From assembly GCA_027061995.1 (NCBI GenBank), contig JAMOUT010000100.1, forward strand, positions 2,211-66,210: a stretch of DNA of 64,000 nt, read 5' to 3'. Shown in pieces: positions 35,296 through 44,419 of this stretch (positions are counted from its first letter, which is position 1; every line of letters begins with the position of its first letter). Made by a program: the position numbers and the translations under genes. This stretch comes from Candidatus Aminicenantes bacterium. Lineage in GTDB: Bacteria > Acidobacteriota > Aminicenantia > JAMOAD01. Below the pieces are notes generated by a model. The model was not told the DNA's origin. It made no database searches and was given only the letters and a program-made list of their open reading frames with translations.

Positions 35296-36858
35296 TTGAT
35301 GATGGAGAAATCTAAATATATAGCAATAGCGAGAAAATATAGACCTCAAAAATTTTCGGAGGTTATATACCAACCACATATAGTTAAAATTCTGCAAAAT
35401 GGTCTTAAAACAGGAAATATCCATCACTCATATATATTTTCGGGAATGAGAGGGGTCGGCAAAACTTCTGTCGCAAGAATATTTGCCAAAGCTCTGAATT
35501 GCGAAAATCCTATGGATGGAGAACCTTGCGGTAAATGTTCCAGTTGTATTGAGATTACGGAGGGAAGATTTCCCGATGTTCTTGAAATTGACGGAGCATC
35601 CAACAGGGGGATAGATCAAGTCCGAGAATTAAGAGAAACAATAAAATATAAACCTTTAAAAGGCAAATATAAAGTGATTATTATAGATGAAGTTCACATG
35701 CTCACGAATGAAGCTTTTAACGCTTTACTTAAAACACTTGAAGAACCCCCGCCCAATACTGTTTTTATCCTCGCCACAACCGAATTTCACAAAGTCTTGC
35801 CAACCGTTGTTTCAAGATCAATAGCTCTTGATTTCCGGAGAATCCCTTTTTCAGAGATAAAAAATCAATTGAGAAATATATCGGATACAGAACAAATAGA
35901 GGTTTCCGATTGGGCTTTGAGCAGAATCGCGGAAGTATCGGAGGGAAGCTTAAGAGATTCTCTCAGTATTCTCGAGCAGATTTCTCTTTATGATGATAAA
36001 AAAATCAAGGATGAAACTCTTAATAATATATTGGGATTGATAGATGAAGAGGTGATAGGGGATATCTTCAGTTTTATTATGGATAAAGATAAAAAGAACA
36101 TATTTAATACCACCAAAGCCATATATGAAGCGGGGGAGGATTTTTTTATATTTTATAAACAATTGTTTGAATATTTCAGGAAATTTTTATACTATAAAGA
36201 GTTAAATGAGATTGAAGAAACATTTTCGAAAAATCAAACAGAGCTTTTTAAAAAACATAAAGATAAATTATCCGGTTTTACAATATTAAGGATGCTGAAT
36301 TTTCTGGAAAAGGGGGAATATTCTCTGAAAAAGAGTTTAAACAAAAGATATCTTCTTGATATAATGCTTTTAAATCTTATTTATATTCAAGATGCCTTAT
36401 CAATAGAAGATTTGAAAACAGGGGAAATCAAAAAGAATAGGGAACAGCCCCTAAAAAAAAATGAAAATTCAGCAAATGGAATCCCCGCGCAAGTAAAAAA
36501 AGCTGGCTATGATAACTCCTTTTTCGGTCAGATTAAAGAAAGAATCAGAGAGAAAAAAGAGTTTGTATCCTTTTCTCTGAATGATGTTGCGGATTTTATA
36601 GAAGAGGAAAACACTCTTGAATTCAGAATTTCAAGTAACAGGAAAACATCTCTTGAACTTTTGAAAAAAGAGAAAGATTTGATAGAAGGTATTGTTAAAG
36701 AGTTAAAAAATAAAAATTACAGGATTATTTTTTCCCTTGAAACAAATCATATAAAAAAAACAAGTGAAGAGGAGTTGTATGATGATGAAAACATCAAAAA
36801 TTTTCTTGATATTTTTAAAGGGGAAATTGTTAAAATCGAAAAAAAGGAGGAAAAATGA
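35296..36858 (+). CDS. dnaX: DNA polymerase III subunit gamma/tau
   Basis: ARKYRPQKFSEV, Walker A GMRGVGKTS, zinc module CENPMDGEPCGKCSSC, DEVHML, and SRS (sensor) TVVSRS. The start is TTG at 35296 or ATG at 35299/35302. Confidence 0.95.
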   Translation: MMMEKSKYIAIARKYRPQKFSEVIYQPHIVKILQNGLKTGNIHHSYIFSGMRGVGKTSVARIFAKALNCENPMDGEPCGKCSSCIEITEGRFPDVLEIDGASNRGIDQVRELRETIKYKPLKGKYKVIIIDEVHMLTNEAFNALLKTLEEPPPNTVFILATTEFHKVLPTVVSRSIALDFRRIPFSEIKNQLRNISDTEQIEVSDWALSRIAEVSEGSLRDSLSILEQISLYDDKKIKDETLNNILGLIDEEVIGDIFSFIMDKDKKNIFNTTKAIYEAGEDFFIFYKQLFEYFRKFLYYKELNEIEETFSKNQTELFKKHKDKLSGFTILRMLNFLEKGEYSLKKSLNKRYLLDIMLLNLIYIQDALSIEDLKTGEIKKNREQPLKKNENSANGIPAQVKKAGYDNSFFGQIKERIREKKEFVSFSLNDVADFIEEENTLEFRISSNRKTSLELLKKEKDLIEGIVKELKNKNYRIIFSLETNHIKKTSEEELYDDENIKNFLDIFKGEIVKIEKKEEK

Positions 36859-37160
36859 AAGGCGTTGATATTAATCAATTATTTAAAATCGTTAAGGATA
36901 CTCAGGACAAACTTCAAAGGGAGATGGAAGAACTTGTCGTTGAAGGAAGTTCGGGCGGAGATATGGTTAAAGTGAAGATGAACGGGAAAAAAGAGATTCT
37001 TTCTCTAAAAGTTGACAAGGAAATTGTAAATCCCGATGATACTGAAACTCTTGAAGATCTCATAATGTCAGCCATCAATTCCGCTATGGAAAAAGTGGAT
37101 GAAGCAATGCAATCCAAAATGCCTAATATTCCGGGAATGAATATCCCCGGATTATTTTAA
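36855..37160 (+). CDS. ybaB: YbaB/EbfC-family nucleoid-associated protein
   Basis: 101 aa with ...QDKLQREMEELVVEGSSGGDMVKVKMNGKKEILSLKVDKEIVNPDD.E.LEDLIMSAIN.A. Conserved dnaX-ybaB-recR order. Confidence 0.9.
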   Translation: MKGVDINQLFKIVKDTQDKLQREMEELVVEGSSGGDMVKVKMNGKKEILSLKVDKEIVNPDDTETLEDLIMSAINSAMEKVDEAMQSKMPNIPGMNIPGLF

Positions 37161-37165
37161 AAAGG

Positions 37166-37768
37166 ATGTATAATTATCCCGAATCATTACAAAGTGTTAT
37201 TGAGCTTTTAAAAAAAATTCCCGGTATCGGATTCAAATCAGCTCAAAGAATAGCTTTTCATCTTTTGAAGATGCCAACACAAGAGGTGGAAAAACTGGGG
37301 GAAAGTATCTCATCATTAAAAACCAAGCTGTTTTTTTGTAGCAGATGCAATAATATAACCGATGAGGAGATATGTCCCATATGTAATTCTTCGGTGCGGG
37401 AAAAAGAAAAACTTTGTATAGTGGAACAACCTTACAACTTGTATTCAATTGAAAAAACAGGGATATACAAAGGGAATTATTTTGTTCTTCTCGGTTCTCT
37501 TTCCCCTTTAAAAGGGATTGGACCCGATGATTTGCATCTTGATAAATTGGATATATTGATAAAGGAAAACGGGGTAAAAGAGATAATCATTGCAACAAAT
37601 CCTAATGTCGAAGGGGAAGCCACTTCCATGTTTTTAAAGAATTATCTGTCAAAATATCCTGAGGTTAAAATAACAAAACTCTCCGTAGGACTTCCCATAG
37701 GTTCTGACATTGATTATACTGATGAAATCACTTTATTAAAAGCTTTTGAAAAAAGATATGAAATGTGA
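37166..37768 (+). CDS. recR: Recombination protein RecR
   Basis: HhH motif LKKIPGIGFKSAQRIAFHLL, C4 zinc finger CSRCNNITDEEICPIC, and Toprim LCIVEQPYNL...ATNPNVEGEAT. Confidence 0.95.
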   Translation: MYNYPESLQSVIELLKKIPGIGFKSAQRIAFHLLKMPTQEVEKLGESISSLKTKLFFCSRCNNITDEEICPICNSSVREKEKLCIVEQPYNLYSIEKTGIYKGNYFVLLGSLSPLKGIGPDDLHLDKLDILIKENGVKEIIIATNPNVEGEATSMFLKNYLSKYPEVKITKLSVGLPIGSDIDYTDEITLLKAFEKRYEM

Positions 37769-37815
37769 GATAATAAATATTGACATAATAGAAAAAATAT
37801 TATAAAAGAATAGAT

Positions 37816-38313
37816 ATGGAACAAATATTATTATTATATGAAGAGGATTATAAAAAGATTAAGGATGTCTTACAACAACTGAAAGATGAGTGTAAGTCGG
37901 ATTTAACCTTTTTGGCTGATCAATCGGGGCAGGTTATCTCCTATATAGGAACATTTCCGAATATAGATTTACCAACACTTGCTTCCTTAACGGCGGGAAC
38001 AATATCGGCAAATGTTAGAATAGGTGAACTTCTCGGAGGGGAAAAATTCATCTCTCTTGTTACAGAAGGGCATAGACTTAATTTGCAAGTTAATTTGATA
38101 AGGGAAAGATTTATACTCGCTGTCATTTTTGATAAAAGCACCCCTCTCGGATTAATTCGACTTAAAATGTCGAAATCTGGTCGTTTGCTTGATCAAATTT
38201 TTGCTGAAATTCTCGAAAAGATTAATGAGGATAAAAAAACTTTCGGGGAACTTGAATCACCTTTTCCCGAAATTACCGAGGATGATATTGATAAACTTTT
38301 TGGAGATGACTAA
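37816..38313 (+). CDS. mglB: MglB, Roadblock/LC7-domain GTPase-activating protein
   Basis: Collinear similarity to Myxococcus MglB as I recall it (LYEEDYKKI...FLADQSGQVISYIG...LASLTAGTISA...ILAVIFDKSTPLGLIRLKM...PFPEITEDDIDKLFGDD). Confidence 0.85.
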   Translation: MEQILLLYEEDYKKIKDVLQQLKDECKSDLTFLADQSGQVISYIGTFPNIDLPTLASLTAGTISANVRIGELLGGEKFISLVTEGHRLNLQVNLIRERFILAVIFDKSTPLGLIRLKMSKSGRLLDQIFAEILEKINEDKKTFGELESPFPEITEDDIDKLFGDD

Positions 38314-38316
38314 CAG

Positions 38317-38910
38317 ATGGTTTTTATTAATTATCTTGAAAAACAAATAGAATTTAAAATTGTATATTACGGACCCGGTTTATCTGGTAAAACAACAAAT
38401 TTAAAATATATTTATGATAAACTTGATACAAAAACAAGGGGACCTTTTACAACCATCCCGACTCAAACCGAAAGAACACTATATTTTGATTTTCTTCCGA
38501 TGGGATTGGGTAAACTCGGGAACTATGATATAAAATTTTCTTTATACACTGTTCCGGGGCAGGTTTTTTATTCGGCAAGCAGAAAACTGATTTTAAAAGG
38601 GGTTGACGGTATAATTTTTGTTGCTGATTCTCAAGAGGATAGATTGGATGCTAATATTGAGAGTATCAATGATCTTATAGATAATCTGAATGATTATAAG
38701 ATAGATTTTCTCCAACTTCCCTATCTTCTTCAGCTTAATAAAAGAGATTTGAAAAACATTCTAACTGTTGACGAACTAAAAAAAGAGTTGCAGAAAAAGG
38801 GGGAACCGATTGTTGAAGCTGTTGCAATGAAAGGTGAAGGGGTGTTTAAATCTTTAAAACTGATAGCAAAACTTGTTTTGAGGAAAGTCGGAAATATTAA
38901 TTCAAAATGA
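38317..38910 (+). CDS. mglA: MglA, Ras-like polarity/motility GTPase
   Basis: KIVYYGPGLSGKTTNL, RTLYFDFLP, LYTVPGQVFY (MglA-specific PGQ switch II), LILKGVDGIIFVADSQ and LNKRDL. Very close to M. xanthus MglA. Confidence 0.92.
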   Translation: MVFINYLEKQIEFKIVYYGPGLSGKTTNLKYIYDKLDTKTRGPFTTIPTQTERTLYFDFLPMGLGKLGNYDIKFSLYTVPGQVFYSASRKLILKGVDGIIFVADSQEDRLDANIESINDLIDNLNDYKIDFLQLPYLLQLNKRDLKNILTVDELKKELQKKGEPIVEAVAMKGEGVFKSLKLIAKLVLRKVGNINSK

Positions 38911-39644
38911 GAAAAGTATTGTGGTTCGGGTATTCTACAACGGGAAATTATAGAAAAAGGAATGAAGATTATTTTAAATTCTATGAGTTTTCCGAGGATC
39001 ATTATTTTATAGCTATTGCAGACGGAATGGGGGGGCACTCCCACGGTGATATAGCCTCAAAATTAGCAACGGATTTTTGTTTTGAGTTTTACAGAAACAA
39101 CTATTTTAAAAAAGGGATTAAAACCATTGATGTTTTGGATAAGGCGGTTTTTTACTCCCATAATCAATTAAGAAATCTTACAAATAAGATAGATGAAAAA
39201 CTTATCGTGGGAACAACCTTATCGATTCTTATTATTAAAGATGGGAAAGCCTCCATTATTCATGTGGGAGACACGAGAATCTATCTTTTGAGGGAAGATA
39301 ATATTTTACAATTGACAACAGACCATAGTTTGGTTAATTCCCTTGTCAGACAAAAAGTCCTAACCTACAAAGAAGCTGACAATTATCCGAGAAAAAATGT
39401 GTTGGTGCAATCAATAGGGGTTAAAGTGAATATCTCACCGCAGAAATTACAAACTTTTAAAGTGGAGAAAGGGGATATATTTTTTTTAAGCACTGATGGT
39501 TTGCATGCAATGTTTAATAATAATGAGATTCATACCCATTTAAAAAAACTGCAGTTAAAAGAGGCTGTTTTAGCATTAACAGATATTGCTTTAAATAGAG
39601 GAAGTAAGGATAATGTTACAGGTCTCGCAGTTAAATTACTATGA
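38907..39644 (+). CDS. PP2C-family Ser/Thr protein phosphatase
   Basis: NEDYF..., AIADGMGGHSHGDIAS, VGDTRIYL, STDGL and GSKDNVTGL motifs. The start overlaps the mglA stop (ATGA). Confidence 0.85.
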   Translation: MRKVLWFGYSTTGNYRKRNEDYFKFYEFSEDHYFIAIADGMGGHSHGDIASKLATDFCFEFYRNNYFKKGIKTIDVLDKAVFYSHNQLRNLTNKIDEKLIVGTTLSILIIKDGKASIIHVGDTRIYLLREDNILQLTTDHSLVNSLVRQKVLTYKEADNYPRKNVLVQSIGVKVNISPQKLQTFKVEKGDIFFLSTDGLHAMFNNNEIHTHLKKLQLKEAVLALTDIALNRGSKDNVTGLAVKLL

Positions 39645-40378
39645 AAAAAACATTGATATACATAAGAAATTATATCGGTTTTCTCGTTTTTTTTATTTTT
39701 TTATTCATAGGAATTTTTCCAATATTTCTGTCTTTGATTTTTAAAGACAGAAAAATATTATCCTCCTATGTAAAATTTGTTATCCGTATTCTGATGATGA
39801 TCTTCGGATTAAAAACGGAAACAATAAACTTTAATAAAGAATTATACGGTTCAAAACAGTGGGTGGTTATAGGTAACCATGTAAGTTTTTTGGATCCTAT
39901 CATACTGTTCGCCATTTTTCCAGGGATATTAAGATTTATGTATAAATCGGGATTGGATAAATTACCTATTATATCCTCGGGTTTAAAAACAATAGGATTT
40001 GTTTCCGTGGATAGAAAAAATCCGAGAAAAGGGCAAAAAGCTATTAAAACCGCCATAGAGCTTATAAAAAAAGATAAAGACAGTATTGCGATTTTCCCGG
40101 AGGGGGGGAGAAGTATATCGGGGAAAATAAGAAATTTTAAAAGGGGAGCTTTTGTTCTGGCAAAAGAGAATAAAATCCCGATTTTACCTGTTTATCTTAA
40201 AGGTTTTTATCAAGCTATGCCTAAGGGGAGAAATATTATATATCCTGCAACACTCATATTTGAGTTTTTGTCTCCGATAGAAGTTTCAAAGATAGAGAAA
40301 TTAAGTTCCGAAGAACTTAGGGATTATGCCCACAATTTATTTTTAGAAAAGGAAAGAGAAAATGAAAGAGATAATTGA
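39641..40378 (+). CDS. plsC: 1-acyl-sn-glycerol-3-phosphate acyltransferase
   Basis: N-terminal TM helix. NHVSFLDP (HxxxxD), FPEGGRS and IPILPV motifs. Confidence 0.85.
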   Translation: MKKTLIYIRNYIGFLVFFIFLFIGIFPIFLSLIFKDRKILSSYVKFVIRILMMIFGLKTETINFNKELYGSKQWVVIGNHVSFLDPIILFAIFPGILRFMYKSGLDKLPIISSGLKTIGFVSVDRKNPRKGQKAIKTAIELIKKDKDSIAIFPEGGRSISGKIRNFKRGAFVLAKENKIPILPVYLKGFYQAMPKGRNIIYPATLIFEFLSPIEVSKIEKLSSEELRDYAHNLFLEKERENERDN

Positions 40379-40904
40379 ATTATGGGAAGACTTTTTAAAT
40401 TCTCAAAAAGAAAATACGGACAAAGGTTGTCAATTAATAGTTTCATCTTTAAAAAAGGGGAACAAACTACTTATAGCGGGCAATGGAGGAAGTTCGGCTC
40501 AAGCTTCCCATTTTGTAGCGGAAATTCTCGGGAGATTTGAGAAAAACATAGTTCCTTATCCCGCGGTAAGTTTAAGCGGCGATATCTCCACAATAACGGC
40601 TTTATCAAATGATTTCGGATATGAGAATATCTTTTCTTACCAAATCGAGGGATTAGGCAAAGAGGAAGATGTTTTTATAGGACTCAGCACAAGCGGAAAA
40701 TCAAAAAATATTATAAAAGCGCTGGAAAAAGCAAAGGAAAAAAAACTATATACAATTGCTCTTATCGGAAATGATTCAACCGCTTTAGAGGGGTTAAGCG
40801 ATATTATTATAAAGGTTCCCTCCTCAAGAACCGCAAGAATTCAGGAGCTTCATCTGTATGTTTTACACAGTTTTGCGGAAGCGGTTGACAGAGAATTAAG
40901 ATAA
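40362..40904 (+). CDS. gmhA: SIS-domain phosphoheptose isomerase (GmhA/DiaA family)
   Basis: LLIAGNGGSSAQASHFVAEILGRF, ALSNDFGYENIFSYQIE, FIGLSTSGKSKNI and ARIQELHLYVLH. Confidence 0.85.
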   Translation: MKEIIELWEDFLNSQKENTDKGCQLIVSSLKKGNKLLIAGNGGSSAQASHFVAEILGRFEKNIVPYPAVSLSGDISTITALSNDFGYENIFSYQIEGLGKEEDVFIGLSTSGKSKNIIKALEKAKEKKLYTIALIGNDSTALEGLSDIIIKVPSSRTARIQELHLYVLHSFAEAVDRELR

Positions 40905-43331
40905 ATTATCTTTTAATAACACCTTGAACTTGATTATATGTGAAGGGATATATTCTTTCATTATTAATTTAAATAGTTTATAAGGGTTGAAAGCTTTAGT
41001 AGGGTCATAGTTAAAATAAAAAAGAAAGATATCATCTTTAAAATCGAGTCTGTCAAACTCTTTAATATCAGCATGATTGATAATCTCTTTAAAATCATCC
41101 TTAAGATACTGTTTTCCTATCTTAAAACCTATGGCTTTTGTTAATTTTGAAAATTTTAAACTATTATCCGGTAATAGTATTGCTCTATTAAAGGATAATC
41201 CTTTTATCGAGACTTTATTCAGCTCCTTTAATAATTCATTATTAAAAAGCTTTCGCGAACGAATTTCAAAAACATCCTCTTCAAGAAATGCACCGAGAGG
41301 GTCCGAGTATAAAAAAGAGATTTTTATTTTAGGGTGATATCCTTGAGTAAATTCAAATTCCAAAGGGCTTCTCCTGATAATCCTTTCTATTACCCGAGAT
41401 ATCTCTATCCCCGAAAGAAAATTTGCGGGGAAAGTTTTACTGTAAAATATTAAATAGCGATATATTTTTCCCTCCTTTATCTCATCAACCGATTCAAGAT
41501 TAGGAATTGTAGTATCTTCGTGTTGATTTCTTATAATATTATTAACAGGGAATATACAACCTTTACACTCTGCACAATCTCTTTCAATACATGACTCTGT
41601 TCTTAATGCTTTTTTACTTTTTAAAAATTCTTCCAAAAGGAAACCGCTTTTTATCCCTGTGTCAATAACCTGAAAATGTAAAGGGGTGGCAATATCAATC
41701 TTATCCAAGAATATATCAGGGTCAATTTTGCTTTCTCTTATAGCTTTTTCCCAAGCATTAAAATCCAATTCATTGTCCCAAGCATCAAATCGTGCCCCTG
41801 ATTGAAAGGCTCTGTAAATTATATCAGAAACTCTGATATCCCCTCTTGAAAGCAATGATTCAAGATAAGCTGTTTTATAGGAATGAAATTTCAGAAAAAT
41901 CTCCTTTCTGTTTCTTATCTTATCAAGAATATAATTTTGCTTTTCTTGTATTTCCTTCTCTTTGGAAAAGCCGCACCATTGAAAAGGGGTGTGCGGTTTG
42001 GGAATAAATGTTGATATTGTAACGGAAATCCTTAACTTTCGTTTATATTTTCTCCCCAAGTTAGATGTTTTAATAAGTATATCGATTATACCGTCAATAT
42101 CCTCCATTGTTTCCGAGGGCAAGCCTATCATAAAATAGAATTTTATTGTTCTCCATCCGTAATTGTATGCAAGCTCCAATGAGTTAAATATCTCTTCGTC
42201 TGTTACATATTTATTGATAACTTTTCTTAATCTTTCTGTTCCTGCTTCGGGAACTATCGTGAATCCTGTTTTTCTAACTTTCTTAATTATCTCAAGCATT
42301 ATCTTTTTTATCTTGGTTGGTCTTAGAGAGGGTAAACCGATAGCGATTCTTTTATTTTTCAGATGATTAAAAATTGAAACCATTATTTTTTCCAAGAAAG
42401 GGTAATCGGCGGTGCTAAGTGAAGATAGGGAAAAATCCTCGAATCCGGTTGTTTGTGCTGTTCTTATAATATAATCTATCAGATAGTCGGGGTTTCTCCA
42501 CCTGAAAGGGTGATAAACAAATGAAGCCTGGCAGAATCTACATTTTTGAGGACAGCCTCTCGCAATCTCCACACTTAACCTATCAAAAACTATCTCCGTG
42601 TTAGGAACAATAGGATTTTCGGGAAGGGGATATTTATCAAGATTTTTAACATACCCTTTTTTAACTATTAATCTTTTATTTTTATCATAAGGGATTAAAA
42701 ATTTCCCCTCTTTTTTTCTATCATAATATTTAGGGATATAAACCCCTTTTTCCTCCGAAAGTGACTTTATAATCTCCTCTCTTTTAAACTTTTTCTCTTT
42801 TTTTCTCTTTATTTTTTCCAAAATATTGAAAAAATTCGCTTCCGCATCTCCTATATAAAAAACATCGATAAAAGGGGCAATCGGTTCAGGATTGAAAACA
42901 TTTACACCTCCGGCAAAAACTATCGGGTCATCTTCCGCTCTTTCTTTTGAGAAAACAGGTATATCAGAGAGTTCAAGTATATTCAAAAGATTTGTATAAT
43001 CAAGCTCGGAAAGAAGGGAAAAACCCAGGATATCAAATTCTTTAATTGGTTTTTTACTTTCAATAGAAAAAAGGGGAATATGATTTTTTCTTAATTTAAG
43101 CTCCAAATCTTTTGCGGGTGAAAAAACCCTTTCAGCGAGAATTCCCTGTATTGAATTTATGTAATGATACAATATTGGAATCCCCATATGAGACATCCCT
43201 ATTTCGTATAAATCGGGATAAGATAAAACGACTTTTAAAACTGTATTGTTCCAATTTTTAATTATGGAGTTTAATTCACCACCAAGGTATCTTGAAGGTT
43301 TTTCCAAATCTTGAAAAAAAGAGAGTTCCAT
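40896..43331 (-). CDS. Radical SAM protein (B12-binding-like N-domain + radical SAM core) fused to a DUF2344-type C-terminal domain
   Basis: N-terminus KPSRYLGGELNS. CxxxCxxC cluster ARGCPQKCRFCQASF. C-terminal FTQGYHPKIKISF is typical of the radical-SAM-linked DUF2344 family. Confidence 0.8.
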   Translation of the reverse strand: MELSFFQDLEKPSRYLGGELNSIIKNWNNTVLKVVLSYPDLYEIGMSHMGIPILYHYINSIQGILAERVFSPAKDLELKLRKNHIPLFSIESKKPIKEFDILGFSLLSELDYTNLLNILELSDIPVFSKERAEDDPIVFAGGVNVFNPEPIAPFIDVFYIGDAEANFFNILEKIKRKKEKKFKREEIIKSLSEEKGVYIPKYYDRKKEGKFLIPYDKNKRLIVKKGYVKNLDKYPLPENPIVPNTEIVFDRLSVEIARGCPQKCRFCQASFVYHPFRWRNPDYLIDYIIRTAQTTGFEDFSLSSLSTADYPFLEKIMVSIFNHLKNKRIAIGLPSLRPTKIKKIMLEIIKKVRKTGFTIVPEAGTERLRKVINKYVTDEEIFNSLELAYNYGWRTIKFYFMIGLPSETMEDIDGIIDILIKTSNLGRKYKRKLRISVTISTFIPKPHTPFQWCGFSKEKEIQEKQNYILDKIRNRKEIFLKFHSYKTAYLESLLSRGDIRVSDIIYRAFQSGARFDAWDNELDFNAWEKAIRESKIDPDIFLDKIDIATPLHFQVIDTGIKSGFLLEEFLKSKKALRTESCIERDCAECKGCIFPVNNIIRNQHEDTTIPNLESVDEIKEGKIYRYLIFYSKTFPANFLSGIEISRVIERIIRRSPLEFEFTQGYHPKIKISFLYSDPLGAFLEEDVFEIRSRKLFNNELLKELNKVSIKGLSFNRAILLPDNSLKFSKLTKAIGFKIGKQYLKDDFKEIINHADIKEFDRLDFKDDIFLFYFNYDPTKAFNPYKLFKLIMKEYIPSHIIKFKVLLKDNLS

Positions 43332-43333
43332 AT

Positions 43334-44419
43334 CTAACTCTTGATAAATCTGGAAAGATATACATTTTCCACGAGGCCAAGTAAAGAAAATATGGTGATA
43401 ATAGAGGAACCTCCGTAACTAAAAAGGGGAAAAGTTATTCCTGCAACAGGGAATTTACCTATACATACAAGAACATTAATTAAGAAATGAAAAAACAGAG
43501 TTCCCAAAACTAACCCTGATAACATAATATTTTCTATGGTTTCCGATGTAACTCCGATTTTATATATGATATAAAAAAGATACAAAAACAGCCATAGAAC
43601 AAAAGTGACACCGACAAACCCGAATTCCTCCGCAAAGACGGATAAAATAAAATCAGTGTGTTGTGCGGGCAAAAATCCCAACTTTTTCTGAGTTCCTTTC
43701 AAATATCCCTTACCTTTAAATCCTCCCGAGCCAATTGTGATTTTTGATTGTAGGGTATGATAACCATATCCGAGAGGGTCTTGTTCAGGGTGTAAAAAAT
43801 TGATTATCCTTTTTTTATGGTAATCCTTGAGAACATAATTCCAAGATACAACTGATAAAATTATGGCGAGAAATATAAAAAGTATAGCCAAATTTTTTTT
43901 AAGTCCGAATATTATTAAAAAAGTTAATATTATAAAGCCATATGTTAATACGGTCCCGAAATCTGGTTGTAAAAAAATCAAAAAGACGGGAATTCCCACA
44001 ATAACCGATATTTTAATAAAATCCATAAAATCAATGGGACCCTCAAAATGTTTCCTGAAAATTTTTACTATCATAAGAATAACAAATATTTTTCCTATTT
44101 CAGACGGCTGAATACCGAAGCCACCTATTTTTAACCATGATTTTGCTCCCGATACTTTTTCACCAAAGAAGATTAAATATATTAGTGAAATAATAATGAT
44201 GGAGTAAAACGGAGTGGAGAGATTAAGAAGTTTTTCCAAATTAATTACCGAGAAAAACAGAAAACAGATAGTGGCGAAAAACAGGAAAAAAAGTTGTTTT
44301 TCATAGAAAAAAGAGCCATTTGTTTTATGAATGGAATAAAGCGTGAGAATTCCGATTAATGATATGAGAAACGGAATAAAAAAAAGCTGATAATTAAAAT
44401 ACTTTACGAGATTTTTCAT
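43334..44419 (-). CDS. rodA: Rod shape-determining SEDS glycosyltransferase RodA
   Basis: FtsW/RodA/SpoVE family motifs (IQPSEIGKI, LQPDFGT, LPAQHTDFILSVFAEEFGF, PLFSYGGSS). Lies in the mre/mrdA operon. Confidence 0.92.
   Translation of the reverse strand: MKNLVKYFNYQLFFIPFLISLIGILTLYSIHKTNGSFFYEKQLFFLFFATICFLFFSVINLEKLLNLSTPFYSIIIISLIYLIFFGEKVSGAKSWLKIGGFGIQPSEIGKIFVILMIVKIFRKHFEGPIDFMDFIKISVIVGIPVFLIFLQPDFGTVLTYGFIILTFLIIFGLKKNLAILFIFLAIILSVVSWNYVLKDYHKKRIINFLHPEQDPLGYGYHTLQSKITIGSGGFKGKGYLKGTQKKLGFLPAQHTDFILSVFAEEFGFVGVTFVLWLFLYLFYIIYKIGVTSETIENIMLSGLVLGTLFFHFLINVLVCIGKFPVAGITFPLFSYGGSSIITIFSLLGLVENVYLSRFIKS

Noticed and set aside
37780-37806. Candidate promoter for mglB (TTGACA ... TATAAA)
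   Set aside because: The spacer is only 15 nt, and the 17-nt alternative gives TAAAAG, which lacks the final T. The geometry is too poor to call.
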